Assembly: GCA_050613775.1 (NCBI GenBank)
Contig: JBODTK010000151.1
Location: 310,001-374,000, forward strand
Length of the DNA: 64,000 bases
From: Neocallimastix sp. 'constans'
Lineage: Eukaryota
Direction of reading: 5' to 3'
The notes below the pieces were generated by a model. It was not told the origin of the DNA. It saw nothing but the letters and a program-made list of their open reading frames with translations, and made no database searches. The translations under genes and the position numbers were made by a program. Of this stretch, positions 11,442-24,702 are shown in pieces (the first letter of the stretch is position 1; each line of letters starts with the position of its first letter).

Positions 11442-12290
11442 TTAATAATAATGATAGTAATAAAAATTAATATATAACTTTTTCTTATTTTCTATTGATA
11501 TATCATGGTTATTAATTAGATATGTTTAATGTTTAAACCATTTTATACATTTATTTTATGTTTATTTTTTTAAATAAATATTTACTCTTTTATTTTCATT
11601 TTTCAATTTATTTTCTGTATTTCCATAATAATAATAATAATAATAATAATAAAATAAAAAAAATATATAATATTTATTAATAATTTAATTATATAAATGT
11701 TTAATAATTTATATTATTTAAGAAGTAATTGATTATTTATTTATTTATTCATTTATTTATTTTTTCTTCATTTTTATTTATTTATTTATTTATTTCTTCT
11801 TTATTTTTTATTTTTATCTATTTTTTTTTTTTTTTCTTTAAAATTGAATATTAACCTTTATTTCTAAGTTGAGAATGGTGTTTATATGAATAAGGAGGTA
11901 AATCGTCTAAAGTATATTAATTATTATAAATATAAATATTAAAATTTCAATATATCATAATATTAATATAAATTATCATTTAAAATGAATGTTTTTATTT
12001 AGAAAGTCAAATATATATATTAATAATAATATTCTTTAATATTATTTTTAATTACCGATTGTAGACTAAATGTTATGTACATTAATTTATAAAATTTATT
12101 AAAAAAAAATTAAGTAACGTTTCGTTGTAATAGGTAATTATGATAATATATTTCTTACCTTAGCTAATAAGACTCTTTTAACACAGGTCTCATAACTTGC
12201 TTTATCCCATTTTTGCTTAAGATAAAGATTTGTACATGGATCAAGACTATTATATATTTTATAATTCTTAATGTATGGGAAATCAACCAT
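10189..12290 (-). CDS. CFAP97D/Hemingway-like cilia- and flagella-associated protein (multi-exon, includes a 10-nt microexon at 12056-12065)
   Basis: Spliced N-terminus MVDFPYIKNYKIYNSLDPCTNLYLKQKWDKASYETCVKRVLLAK|STI|DDLPPYSYKHH resembles the CFAP97D pattern (PC-N-YL--KWD...AK-TID--PP--Y-H), then NLLSKI...ENEENKRILKNLSKFKPH. Internal exon choices around 11280-11620 are less certain. Confidence 0.7.
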
Positions 12291-12791
12291 TTTAGTCGAT
12301 GAAATTATATTTTTTTAAAAAAAAAAATTATATAATATATATTATTTATATTATTTCTTTTTTTTCTTTCTTCGTTTTTTTTTTTTTTTTTTTATTTTTT
12401 TTTATTTTTATTTTTTTTATTTTTAAATAAATGGATTTTTTAATATTTTTTTTATTATATTAATATTTTAAAAAGACCGATATTATAATTTTAAACTTTA
12501 ATTATTTTAAAAATTGAATTAGTAGTAATATAATATCGTCTTTTGTTTATTAATTATTTATATTTATTTTTTTTATTTTTTTTTATTTTTTAAAAACAAA
12601 AAAGTGAAAGAATACAAAAATTATTTAATTCATTCAGTAATTCATTATGTATTTATGAATTATATATACTCGAAATTTATTTTTTATATGTAGATAACAT
12701 CTTATATCTAAATATATATACTAAAAATTTAAAAGAATTTTTATTTAGTAATAATTAATTAGATTTTATGATATAATAATTATATAAAAAT

Positions 12792-12839
<48 letters not shown>

Positions 12840-13921
12840 GATAATATGATAATTCTTATAGATAAAAATAGAATAAAAACTAGTTTTATTGGTTTTTAAG
12901 AATTGATTTTTTAATTAGTAATTTAATTTATCTTTAAACGTTTTATTATAAAATAAAATTTATCTAAACTTTTTAAAAAAAAATTAAAATATTTTTTTTA
13001 TTGGAAAAAAGCTTTAATAATTAAACTTTTTTACAAATTAAAAACAGATAAAAATAAATTACTGATAAAAATAAATTAATGGTATAAATAAAAAGATGAG
13101 AAAAAACAATGAGAAAAAATGATGAGAAAAAAAAAAAAAAAAGTTTAAAAAAAGAATTTTTTAAAATTTTCTTTTAATAAATATTAAATATATAAATAAA
13201 TTTTTAATGGCATATATTTAATAATATATGAAATATATATTTAATAATTATAAAAATTACTTGTTTAACACAACATTTTTAATTATATAATATTTATAGT
13301 ACAATAAAGAAAAAAAAAAAAGAAAGAATATTTAATATTTTTTTTAAATTATATTTTGTTATAATAGATTAAATAATTAAATTAATGAAAACCAAATTTT
13401 CAAAATCAATAAACTTAATATTTAATTTTTATTTATTCATAATTAATTTATATAATTTTTTTTTTTTTTTTTGAAGAAACGGAAATTTATATTTTTTTCT
13501 AAAAAAAAAAAAAATAAATAAAGTTAATATAATTTGCAAAAATTTCATTAACTAATTTAATAAATTAAAAAAAAATTTTTTTGTTCTTGGTGTTTATAGA
13601 TCTTTGAATAATTAAATTTTATTTTTATATTAAACCTTTTAAAAAATAAAAATTTAATTAGATTTGTACCACCATATTAAAAATAGTATAAAATGTTTCT
13701 TTTTTAATTTAGAATATAGTATTAATGAATTTTTATAATATTATATATTAACATTTCTTCATTAAAAAGTTTTATATATATTTCAATATAAAAAAAAAAA
13801 GAATATATTTATACATTTTTTTTCATATATATTATTTTTTTCAATATACATATTTTTCATATATTTTAATTTTCTATAATAATTTATGAATTAATAGTGT
13901 ATGCCATAAATCTTAATTCTC

Positions 13922-13960
<39 letters not shown>

Positions 13961-14829
13961 ATAAAAATTTAATATTTTAAAAGTATATTATTAATTATTT
14001 TATTAATATAATTTTTATTAAATAAAATAATAGAATGTATTTACATATGTAAAACAATACTAACTTCAGTGAAAATAATCAAAAATTAGAATCTTTTACT
14101 ATAATTTTATCATCTCTATTAATATCTCCATATTTTGAATTTTCATTATTAGTTACATTGTCAAATGAATGATAACATGAATTAATAGTACAAATTTTAT
14201 TATATACTTTTTTTTTTTTTTTTTTTTTTTTCTTTTCTATTGTTTATTTTTTATTTTAATAATTTTATATTATAATTGTTTCATAATATATTTTATGAAT
14301 ACGGTCTAGAGTTCATATTTAAATATGATAGATTCATAGTTTAAAAATAAATATTAATTATTTTTATTTTATTGTATTTTTTCTTCATATCTTAAAATAT
14401 GTACTTTTTATATAATCTAAATTACATTGTTTAATCAAATATATCTTTATTATATATGAAGTAAATTTATTCAATTACCGCTAATTTTTATTTATATATA
14501 TTTCAAATGTATAGTATATATATATACTTTCATTATCTAAAAAAAAACCTTTAAGTAATTTTACTTTTAAAGTTAATAACTTCAACATGAAGTTATTATT
14601 TTCATTATTAATTTTTTATTATTGAACATATATAAGAATAAATTTATATTAAATTTATATGAAATAATTTTTATTTTAAAAACTTTATATTCATCTAATA
14701 TAGATAAAAAATTTATTTAATATATAAATTTTTTTAATATTATTAATATTTATACTCTTTTGATATTCCAAAACCATGTTCAAAAAGTGTATTTGTATTA
14801 TATGTTATGGTATATTATATTACTAGTTG

Positions 14830-15022
14830 TTAGGATATGTGAAATATAAGAAAAATAAGCTTTAAATGTATTGAAACATATTGTAATATAAATAATGTAT
14901 ATGCCACAATACATTAATATAAAAGCATATACACTTGAATAATTAAATGGTAGTAACTCTTTATCAAAAATTATATTAATAAAAATTGACATAATTATAA
15001 ACCATAAATTCCTGACTCTTAA
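14830..15022 (-). repeat. Dispersed repeat, inverted copy of 19730-19925 (possible decayed DNA-transposon end)
   Basis: Reverse complement 'ttaagagtcaggaatttatggtttataattatg...tgataaagagtta...ttaattattc' matches 'ttaagggttaggaatttatggtttataattatg...tgataaagagtta...ttaattattc' at 19730. Confidence 0.7.
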
Positions 15023-15500
15023 CACTAGTTCCTTACTCACCAGAAAAATAACAATTATCTATAGTTACATATGAATTTTTTAAAATTTTATCTCCTAAGA
15101 TATTAAATATAATTTCTGAAAAACTAGAGCTTCTATAAAATATAGAATTCACTAATTTAGCATTATAGCTGTTAATAGATATATTATTTAATGAATAAAT
15201 ATCTGTATAGGAATTAATTATGAATTCTTTATTTAAGATTTTATTTCAATTATCTACATTATTCATACCATTGAAATTAATGTTTGTAAAATCAATGATA
15301 TTATTGTTGATATTAGAATAGTTAATTTAATCACGTGATATACAGATCAATTTAAAATTTAATTAGAATTTATGTCTAAATATTATAGAAAAAATGTATT
15401 TTTTTTTTTATTTATCTATTTATTTATTAAGTAAATATTAAGCTTTAAAGTAAATAGAAAAAGAATAATAGTAATTTTTACATTTCATTGATATATAAAG

Positions 15501-17436
15501 ATGGTAGATATACAAACTCATTATGATTACATTATTTTAGGAACTGGTATACAAGAATCCATTCTAGCTAGGTAAATAAAATTTAGTAAATGATACTATT
15601 ATTAAAATCAAATTTAATTAAATAATTTGCTGTTATTTTATTTATTTATTTATATGTTATTTTTATAAATTTTAAATAAATTTTAAAATTAAAAACAAGT
15701 TTTATAAATAAATTTAAATCAAACGTTTTACATTTTCAATAAGAAAAAAAACTTTTTTTAAAAATTCTAAATAAATTAATAAATAAAAACTTTGTTTTCT
15801 TTTTCGTTTATTTAAATAAATAGTGCTTTAGCAAGAAATAAGAGAAGTGTTCTCCATATTGACAGAAATGAATTTTATGGTGGTAATGAATGTTCCTTTA
15901 ATCTTAAAGAATTTTTAGAATGGATTATGAATGTTCAAAATAATGATAAGAATGGGGAGGACAATAATTGTATGATATTACAATAAATAAATTTTAAATT
16001 TATTATTTCATTTAATCAATTTATTTTTATAATTATTTCTTCAATATATTAATATTTATATTATATAACATATATTATTATATTTACCTTTTTTATAATT
16101 TTTCTTTTAATAAAATAAATATTTAAATTTAAATATATAATTTAATTCAATATAAAATGCTATAATGATAAATTTTTATAGCTAAAATTAATAAATTTTA
16201 TAATTCCTATCATGATATTGAGGTAAATATTCTTTCTGGATATGAGGCCTCCGAAACCTCAACAGAAGAAAATGCTAATAGATTTACATTACAAAATAAT
16301 CAAACTGTTGAAGAATTTGTCAAACAAATACATTCGTCAGATGAAGAAAATAAAATAGCATTATTAAAAGAATTAATGAAAGATAACCGTCAATATTATA
16401 TTAGTTTATTACCAAAAATGGTTTATTCCCGAGGACCTTTCATTGATTTATTAATTCAAGCAGGACTTGGAAGTTATTTAGAATTTCGTTCTATGGAAAA
16501 AACATTTATTTATAATGACAATAAATTCGAACATGTAAAGTATTAATTATTCATTTATACAATTACATATATATTATTATTATAATAAATGTCATTATTA
16601 TTTTAAAATGCATATACATATAAAGATATTTATTATTAATAGAATAAATTAATAAAAGAAAATAATTATATTACTGTTAAATTTATTAAAATATATATAT
16701 AATTTTAAAAAACAAGTTTTTGAAAGCACATATTAATAATAAATTATGATAATAAATAATAATAAATAATAATAAAAATTTAAAAAAATAATACTTAATA
16801 CTCAGCAGTAATAGTTAATAATAATAATAATAATTAAATGTTTGTTCAAATAGGTTCCATGCACTAAAGAGGATGTTTTCAACTCGAAACAAATTAAAGT
16901 TATAGAAAAAAGAAAATTAATGAAATTTTTAACTTTTGTTATGAATTATAGATTACAACAAGAGGATTATGAAGGTTAATATATCTATCCTTTATCTATA
17001 TCATATAATAATCTAGATAATTCATAATTCAATTATAAATATTTATAATTTGTATTATCATAAATATTATTACTAATATTATTTTATTATTTTATTATTA
17101 ATACAATATAATTCAATATATATATATGTATATATATATATTTTTTTTTTTTTTTTAAAAAAAAAATTATAGAATACAAAGATAAGCCATACTCTGAATA
17201 TATTAAGACTTTTAAATTAGATCCAAAATTACAACAAGTTATTCTCCAAGCTATTAATGATTCAGAAGAAGGATTAAATGATGGTAAATTGTTAAATACA
17301 TATTATAAAAAAGAATTAATAATATATTATAATATATAATATTAATAATTAAGAAAAATCATATTTATATTTAAGTTTATTTAATAATATATATTCATAT
17401 ATATATATTTTTAATAATAATAATAATAATAAATAT

Positions 17437-17475
<39 letters not shown>

Positions 17476-18025
17476 TATAATAATAAAATAGCTACTACAG
17501 AGGAAGGTCTTGCTTCTACTTTTAGATATTTAAGATCTCTTGGTAAATGGGGTAATTCACCATTAATTTGTCCATTATATGGTGGTTGTAGTGAAATATC
17601 ACAAGCATTTTGCAGGTGAATATTATTTAATATTCATCATTTATTAATGAATTTTTTTAAATATTTTATTTTATTTTATTTTTGCTTTTTTATAATAGAT
17701 CAATCTATATATATATATATAAATATATATATTAATATTTATGAATTAACTATTAATTATTATTTTTTTTTAAAAATGGTAATTAGATCTTGTGCCGTTT
17801 ATGGTGGTGTTTATATGTTAGATCAAACCATTTCATCTTTAGAATTCAAAGAAGATAAATATCATATAAATTGTGAATATAACTTTACAAGTGATCATTT
17901 AATTACCTCTATTGATTATTTACAAGATATGAGTAATATAGAGTAAGTTCTTATTAATAATAATATTTATTTATATTTATATAATAATAATATTATATAT
18001 ATATATTTTTTTACTGTTTATTTAT

Positions 18026-18064
<39 letters not shown>

Positions 18065-18184
18065 ATTTTTGATTTTATTTTTATTATTTTTTTCTTTGTT
18101 ATAAAAAAAATAATAAAATAAATAAATAAAAATTCAACAAACAAACAAACAAACAAACAAACAAATAAACAAACAAACAAACAA

Positions 18185-18221
<37 letters not shown>

Positions 18222-19377
18222 CGAAGATTATCATAAAGCAATTATTATTACAGATCGTTCTCTTCAAAAGAATGTTGATATTAGTATATATGTTATTCCA
18301 CCAAAGAGTATGAATAATCAAAATAGAATAATGTTAATTCAACAAGGTTATGAAGCTAATTGTTGTCCAAAATCAAAGTGTAATATATATATATATATAT
18401 ATTTTATATTCTTTTTTATATATATATTATTTATATTATTTATATTATTTACTATTTAATATTAAATTTATAACATTATAATAATAATAATAATTTTTAT
18501 CATTATTATTACCATTATTATTCTTAATATTATCCATTATATTTTTTATTTTATTTTTTTTTTTTTCTTTTATTGTAAAAATAAAAAAAATAATAATAAT
18601 AATAATAATAGATATTGTATACTTATGTACAAAAGCTACTGATTCCTCAAAAGAAGAATTAAAATATGTTATTAGCCAATTATTCGATGATAAAAGTAAA
18701 AAAACAAAATATTTAAATATATATATATATTTATATTTTATTATTAATTAGTAAATAAATTAAAAAAAATAAAAATAAAAATAAAAATAAAAAATAAAAA
18801 TAAAAATAAAAATAAATAATAAGAATAAAAAATTTCAAAAATAATTTTATTTAATTTTATAATTATATATGTATATATAACAGTTGATGAATCTGAAAAA
18901 AGTAAAGTTGATGTTTTAAATACTGAAGAAGAAGAAGGAAAAAAAGAAAGTGGTGAAAAAAATAACGAAGAAGAAGAAGATGAAGAAGAAGAAGAAGATG
19001 ATGATGATGAAGAAGAAGAAGATGATGATGATGAAGAAACCAAAACTAAACCAAAAGCTTATCTTTCAGTTATTTTTAAACAAACCATTAGAAAACAGAA
19101 GAAATCTGAAAAAACTGATGATAATAAAAAGAATGATAATATAACCATTATTGATGATATGCTACCTGGAATATCTATGGAACAACCAGTAGAAAATTCT
19201 TTAACTATTTTTAAGCAATTATGTCCTGAAGTAGAAGAAATTTATGCTTCACCAAAAGAAGAAGAGGAAAAAGAAGAAGAAATGAAAGAAGAAAAGCAAA
19301 ATACCACTATTGAAGAAAGTAAACCTGAAGCTAAGGCTGAAGCCTCAACTGAAATCAAGACCTCTGAAAGTAATTAA
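15501..19377 (+). CDS. MRS6: Rab escort protein (REP/CHM/Mrs6; GDI superfamily), 10 exons: 15501-15571, 15824-15969, 16182-16534, 16854-16974, 17173-17283, 17492-17615, 17787-17942, 18219-18379, 18612-18695, 18884-19377
   Basis: YDYIILGTGIQESILASALARNKRSVLHIDRNEFYGG; VPCTKEDVFNSKQIKVIEKRKLMKFL; YLRSLGKWGNSPLICPLYGGCSEISQAFCRSCAVYGGVYML; acidic C-terminal extension typical of REP rather than GDI. Confidence 0.88.
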
Positions 19378-19400
19378 AAATTTAATGAATAGTATCGATA

Positions 19401-19431
<31 letters not shown>

Positions 19432-19506
19432 AAAAAAAAAAAAAATAGGAAATTCTGTTATTTATTATTATAAAGTTTGTATTATTATAGTAAAAAGAAA
19501 AAAAAG

Positions 19507-19545
<39 letters not shown>

Positions 19546-19729
19546 TTATTTAAATTTAAAAAAAAAAAAAAAAAATAAAAAAAAAATAAAATAAAATATA
19601 AAAATATAAAAATATAAAAATATAAAATTAATAATTAATTAAAATATACTTTCTTTTAAATATTATATTATTGCAACAATATATTATTATTATTATTATT
19701 AATTATTATTGTTATAGTAATTGTTATTA

Positions 19730-19925
19730 TTAAGGGTTAGGAATTTATGGTTTATAATTATGCAAACTATATTAATATATTTTATGATAAAGAGTTATTG
19801 TTTCTTGTACTTAATTATTCGAAATTAAATGTTTTTATACTAAAACATTATGGCTTATATATTAAATGTGTTACTGTATGCTTCAATATTTTCGAAGTAT
19901 ATTATATTTTTCATATATTTTTACA
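19730..19925 (+). repeat. Dispersed repeat, inverted relative to 14830-15022; non-microsatellite sequence continues to ~20790
   Basis: See partner copy at 14830-15022. Confidence 0.7.
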
Positions 19926-20849
19926 TATTCAAACATTCTTTCTTAAATCTTAGTTACTTTTATAATAAATAAATTGGTTTATTGGTGAAAATGTGTATTT
20001 AAAATTTTCCTATTATATAAATAATAACTTGATAGTATTAAACTTTTTAGTTATTTTTATATTAATTCTTTAAATTCTATTTTAAGATATTGTTAAACTA
20101 ATTTTCTTAAATAATTTTTGTAAATCTAAATAGTTTCTCCCTTAAAATTAACTATTTAATATTATTACACCATTAATATTAGATATGTCTAAGACCTTTC
20201 TTATAATATATAGTTTATCTATATAACATTTATATGATGGAAACCTTTTTCTTGAAGGGTGATATTATATCATCTTAGTTTGTGTGAATACCTCTTATAT
20301 ATTTAGTTTTACATCACTTTCAATTATAAGTTGCTTTAAAGATTAGCGTTTAACTATGTATATATATATATATATATATATTTCGTAGTTTTAGCAATTA
20401 CTATTAAAATAAATTGTTGAATTGTATATCGGTGTAGTTGATAAATCATACTCCTGGAAGGAAAGGTTCATTAAGATTGATTATATTTATAACTAATAAT
20501 ATTATTCTAACCATTTATATTTATTAGTAAATAAAGTAAATTGTTTCATAATTTATTAAGAATCAGTACTTCATTTAATTTTTTCTTGTAGACAAATTTT
20601 TTTACTAATTTTCTTCATTATGATGTATACATCCATAGATAATAAAGGGATATGAGTACTACTAAAAAGATGTAAATATTAATAAAGATAGGCATGAATA
20701 TATAAATATTTTAATATATAATTATAATATTATATAACAATGTAAAATGTATATAAATCTTTATAAACATTCGAATATTATTAAACTTTAGAAAGGTTTT
20801 GTAAAATTTAATAAATAATCATTAATAAATCAATAGTAATAATAAACAA

Positions 20850-21045
20850 TTAATAAATAATAAATAATAAATTCTAATAAATAATAAATAATTGAATAAT
20901 AAATAATAAATAAATAAATAAATATATAAATAATAAATAATAAATAAATAATAAATAAATAAATAATAAATAAATAAATAATAAATAAATAATAAATAAA
21001 TAAATAATAAATAAATAATAAATAAATAAATAATAAATAATTAAA
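20850..21045. repeat. AATAAAT-type microsatellite array
   Basis: Tandem aataaat/aataaataaat units. Confidence 0.85.
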
Positions 21046-21307
21046 AAATTAATTAGAAATTAGAGTTCATTAAGTGATATAATTTTTGTACTTTTTTTTA
21101 AACATCTAAAATTAGAGTTCTAGGTTCTAGTTTTTAATTTTAATTTTTTTTTTTATTTAATGATATACTTTCATTTAAATTTTTTATATTAATTTAAATA
21201 CTAGAAAGTTGAAATTTGAAGCAACTCCACTTTGAATATTTATTTATTTATTTTACCCATTTTTTATTTTTAACTTTTAGTTTTTTTTCTTTTTTTTTTT
21301 TATTTTA

Positions 21308-21338
<31 letters not shown>

Positions 21339-21365
21339 AAAAAAGATTTCTTTTTATAATAAGAA

Positions 21366-21401
<36 letters not shown>

Positions 21402-21592
21402 AGAATATATAATTATATAATATATAAATTTTATTATTTATTGTAAATTATTAATATAATAAAATATGTTTAATATAAAGTAATTAAAATATCCGCATAA
21501 ATTTTTTTATTTATAAATATGTATGATTACTTATAAAATACATATGATTTTAAAAACATAAGAAAAAAAATCATGGAATAGATAATTAATAA

Positions 21593-21631
<39 letters not shown>

Positions 21632-21957
21632 ACAAATAAATAGATATAAAAATAAATAATTAATTAGTAATTAAATATTAGTAAATAATAGATAGATAAA
21701 TAATAAACATTTTTTAAATATTTAATAAATTATCATGGTGATCTTTTTTTATTTTAATTTTATATTAAATAATATAATATGAAAAGGCTTTTAAAAAGAA
21801 TTTTAAATTTTGAATTCTTCTTTTGTAAATCTCAATATATTTTCAATATATTATAATATATAATAAAACATAAATTTAATATTTAATTATAAATAAATTA
21901 AATATACAAACAAAATTAATATAAATGGATGAATAGACGAATAATATAAAAGTTTAT

Positions 21958-22370
21958 AATAATAAATAATAAATAATAAATAATTAAATAATAAATAATT
22001 AAATAATAAATAATTGAATAAATAATAAATAATAAATAATAAATAATAAATAATAAATAATTGAATAATAAATAATTGAATAATAAATAATTGAATAATA
22101 AATAATTAAATAATAAATAATAATAAATAATAAATAATAAATAATAACTAATAAATAATAAATAATAAATATAAATAATAAAAATAAATAATAAATAATA
22201 AATAAATAATAAATAATAAATAATAAATAATTAAATAATAAATAATAAATAATAAATAATAAATAAATAATAATAAATAAATAAATAATAAATAAATAAT
22301 AAATAATAAATAATAAATAATAAATAATAAATAATAATAAATAATAAATAATTGAATAAATAATAAAATA
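21958..22370. repeat. (AATAAAT)n heptamer array with aattgaat variants
   Basis: About 410 bp of tandem aataaat units. Confidence 0.9.
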
Positions 22371-22899
22371 AGGTGTGTTTAATTTATATAAAGGCTTTTG
22401 TAATGTAATTGACTTAAATATTCAAATATTCTCTTATTTTAAATTTACAAAATCTTATGAAATAAAAAAAAAAAGTTTTTTAATATATTTCAAATAATAT
22501 AATATTTTATTCCATATTTAATCTATTTTATATATAATAAAGTATAGTCAAATGAATTGATGAGGGTATAACTAATAAAGTTGGTAACTTAATTTTAATT
22601 CTTTGAAATAAATAATGAAAATTCTAATGTACATAGGTGAATATCTACATAAATAAAAATAAAAAGTTGAAAAAAAAATATAAATATTAAACTTTTTTTT
22701 TTTAATTAATTTATTAATATTTAATTAATGAATATTCGACTAATTATATTTATTTTTTTTAAGATAATATATATATTTATATAATTAAATAGAAATCTGG
22801 AAATAAAAAATTTAATTGAATTTTAAAGTAGGTTTCAAAAAATTAGGAGTCCGTAATTTGTTTTTGTTAATTGATATTAAGAATTAGTTTAATAAAGAG

Positions 22900-22930
<31 letters not shown>

Positions 22931-24702
22931 AAGAAAGAATATCTAAGAATATGCATATATTATATATATTGTATATAAAAATTTTGATTTGTATTTAATT
23001 TCGAGTTTAATTCTAATCCATAGCAAAGAATATTGATTAAGATTTATTCTGTAACAAATTCTAAATAATATAAAATTGCTATAGAAAGGAACATTTTTAT
23101 ATAGTATTTAACTCCTAATTACTGTGTTATATTTTGTATTTTGTATTACCTTTATTCATTTAATTTGTATTTAATTATTTATATTTCAATATATTGGTGA
23201 TACCCTCATATTATATTAATAATATATACAGAATATATTACCAATTAAATTAATGTATAACTCATAATATAAAAAATCATTTAATAAAACTTTATTAATT
23301 ATTATAAATTGTGAAATGAAGTGATCACAAAAGATGAAATCATAACAAATAATAATTAATTATTTTTAAATTATTAATAATAAAAAATAATATATAATAT
23401 CCTGATAAAATAAAGAACATTTGTATTATATTATTAATTGTAATTATTTATATATTTATTTTATTATTTATAATATATTATTTATTGATTATTTATTATT
23501 TATTGATTGATTTTTTATTTAATATGTTTTGAAAATTCTAAAATTTTTATATTTATAAGAATTAATAATTAAGAAAAAAAAATTATTTATATATAGATAT
23601 AACTTTTCCTTTTTATTTTCATAAATTTAAAAAAAAAATATATATATATATATAAATATTTTTTTTGATAATTATATTATAAAAAAAAAAAAATAAAAAT
23701 AAATTGAATCCTAAATAATATTTTATATTATTATTATTATTATTATCGGAAAGTAATATAGGATTGAAAAAATCTGTATAAAAATTTTTATATAATAAAA
23801 AATAAGTATAATTGTATAATTTAACAAAATAATACTAAATGAATGAATTTTCATTTTTAAATATTAAAGAAAATATTAAAGGAAAAACTTATTTTCAATA
23901 ATAATAATAATAATAGTAATAATAATAAAAATAACGAAATATATAAAAGAAAAGAGGAGATTTTCTATCATATATTTATCAATAATTTGATTAATATTCT
24001 GTTGTTTTATTTTAAAAAAAAAAAATAAAAAAAATAAAAAAACGGTAAATTTATATATATTATATATATAAATAAAAGAAGAAATTAATAAATAACCATT
24101 GAAAAACCATTTATTTATCATACAATACTAAATATTGAAAATATTAAAAAAAAAAAAAAATAAAAATATTAAAACAGTATATTCTAGCTTTATAAAGTTT
24201 ATTAAATAATTTTAATATTTTACTTTATTAAGAGATAAAAAACAATAAATGAATCAATAATAAACTTAAAATAGAGAAACTTTAATTTATTATTTTTTTT
24301 GATTTAAATTCTATTTAATTTTTAATATTTATAATTTTGGAAACTTCATATTTTTTCTTTTAAAAAGATAATATATAAAAAAAAAAAAGATAATATATTA
24401 GAATATTAATTAAAAAATTTTTTAATAGTTGTATTACTATTTATTTTAGAAGAAAATAAATTTTTAGATAAAAATATTAGATTTAAATAAATATAAAATA
24501 GAATTATAATTTAAAGTAAATAATAAAATTATAATAACAAATAGAAAAAACAACTATACATTTATAAATATAAATTAATTAGAAATTAAAAATTTATACT
24601 TTATACTTTATAATAGTAATAGTAATATATATATAAATAAACGAAAAAGAATCAATATATTTATATATAAGATTTAATTTTTAAAAATATCTTTAATTCA
24701 AC

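Noticed and set aside
18744..19144. Poly-Ser and poly-Lys/Met ORFs
   Set aside because: Alternative frames of the acidic GAA/GAT tract in the last REP exon.
19731..19741. Telomere-like taagggttagg
   Set aside because: Under two units, internal, and the homologous copy reads taagagtcagg.
21958..22370. CRISPR-like or coding repeat array
   Set aside because: Simple heptamer microsatellite with no unique spacers.
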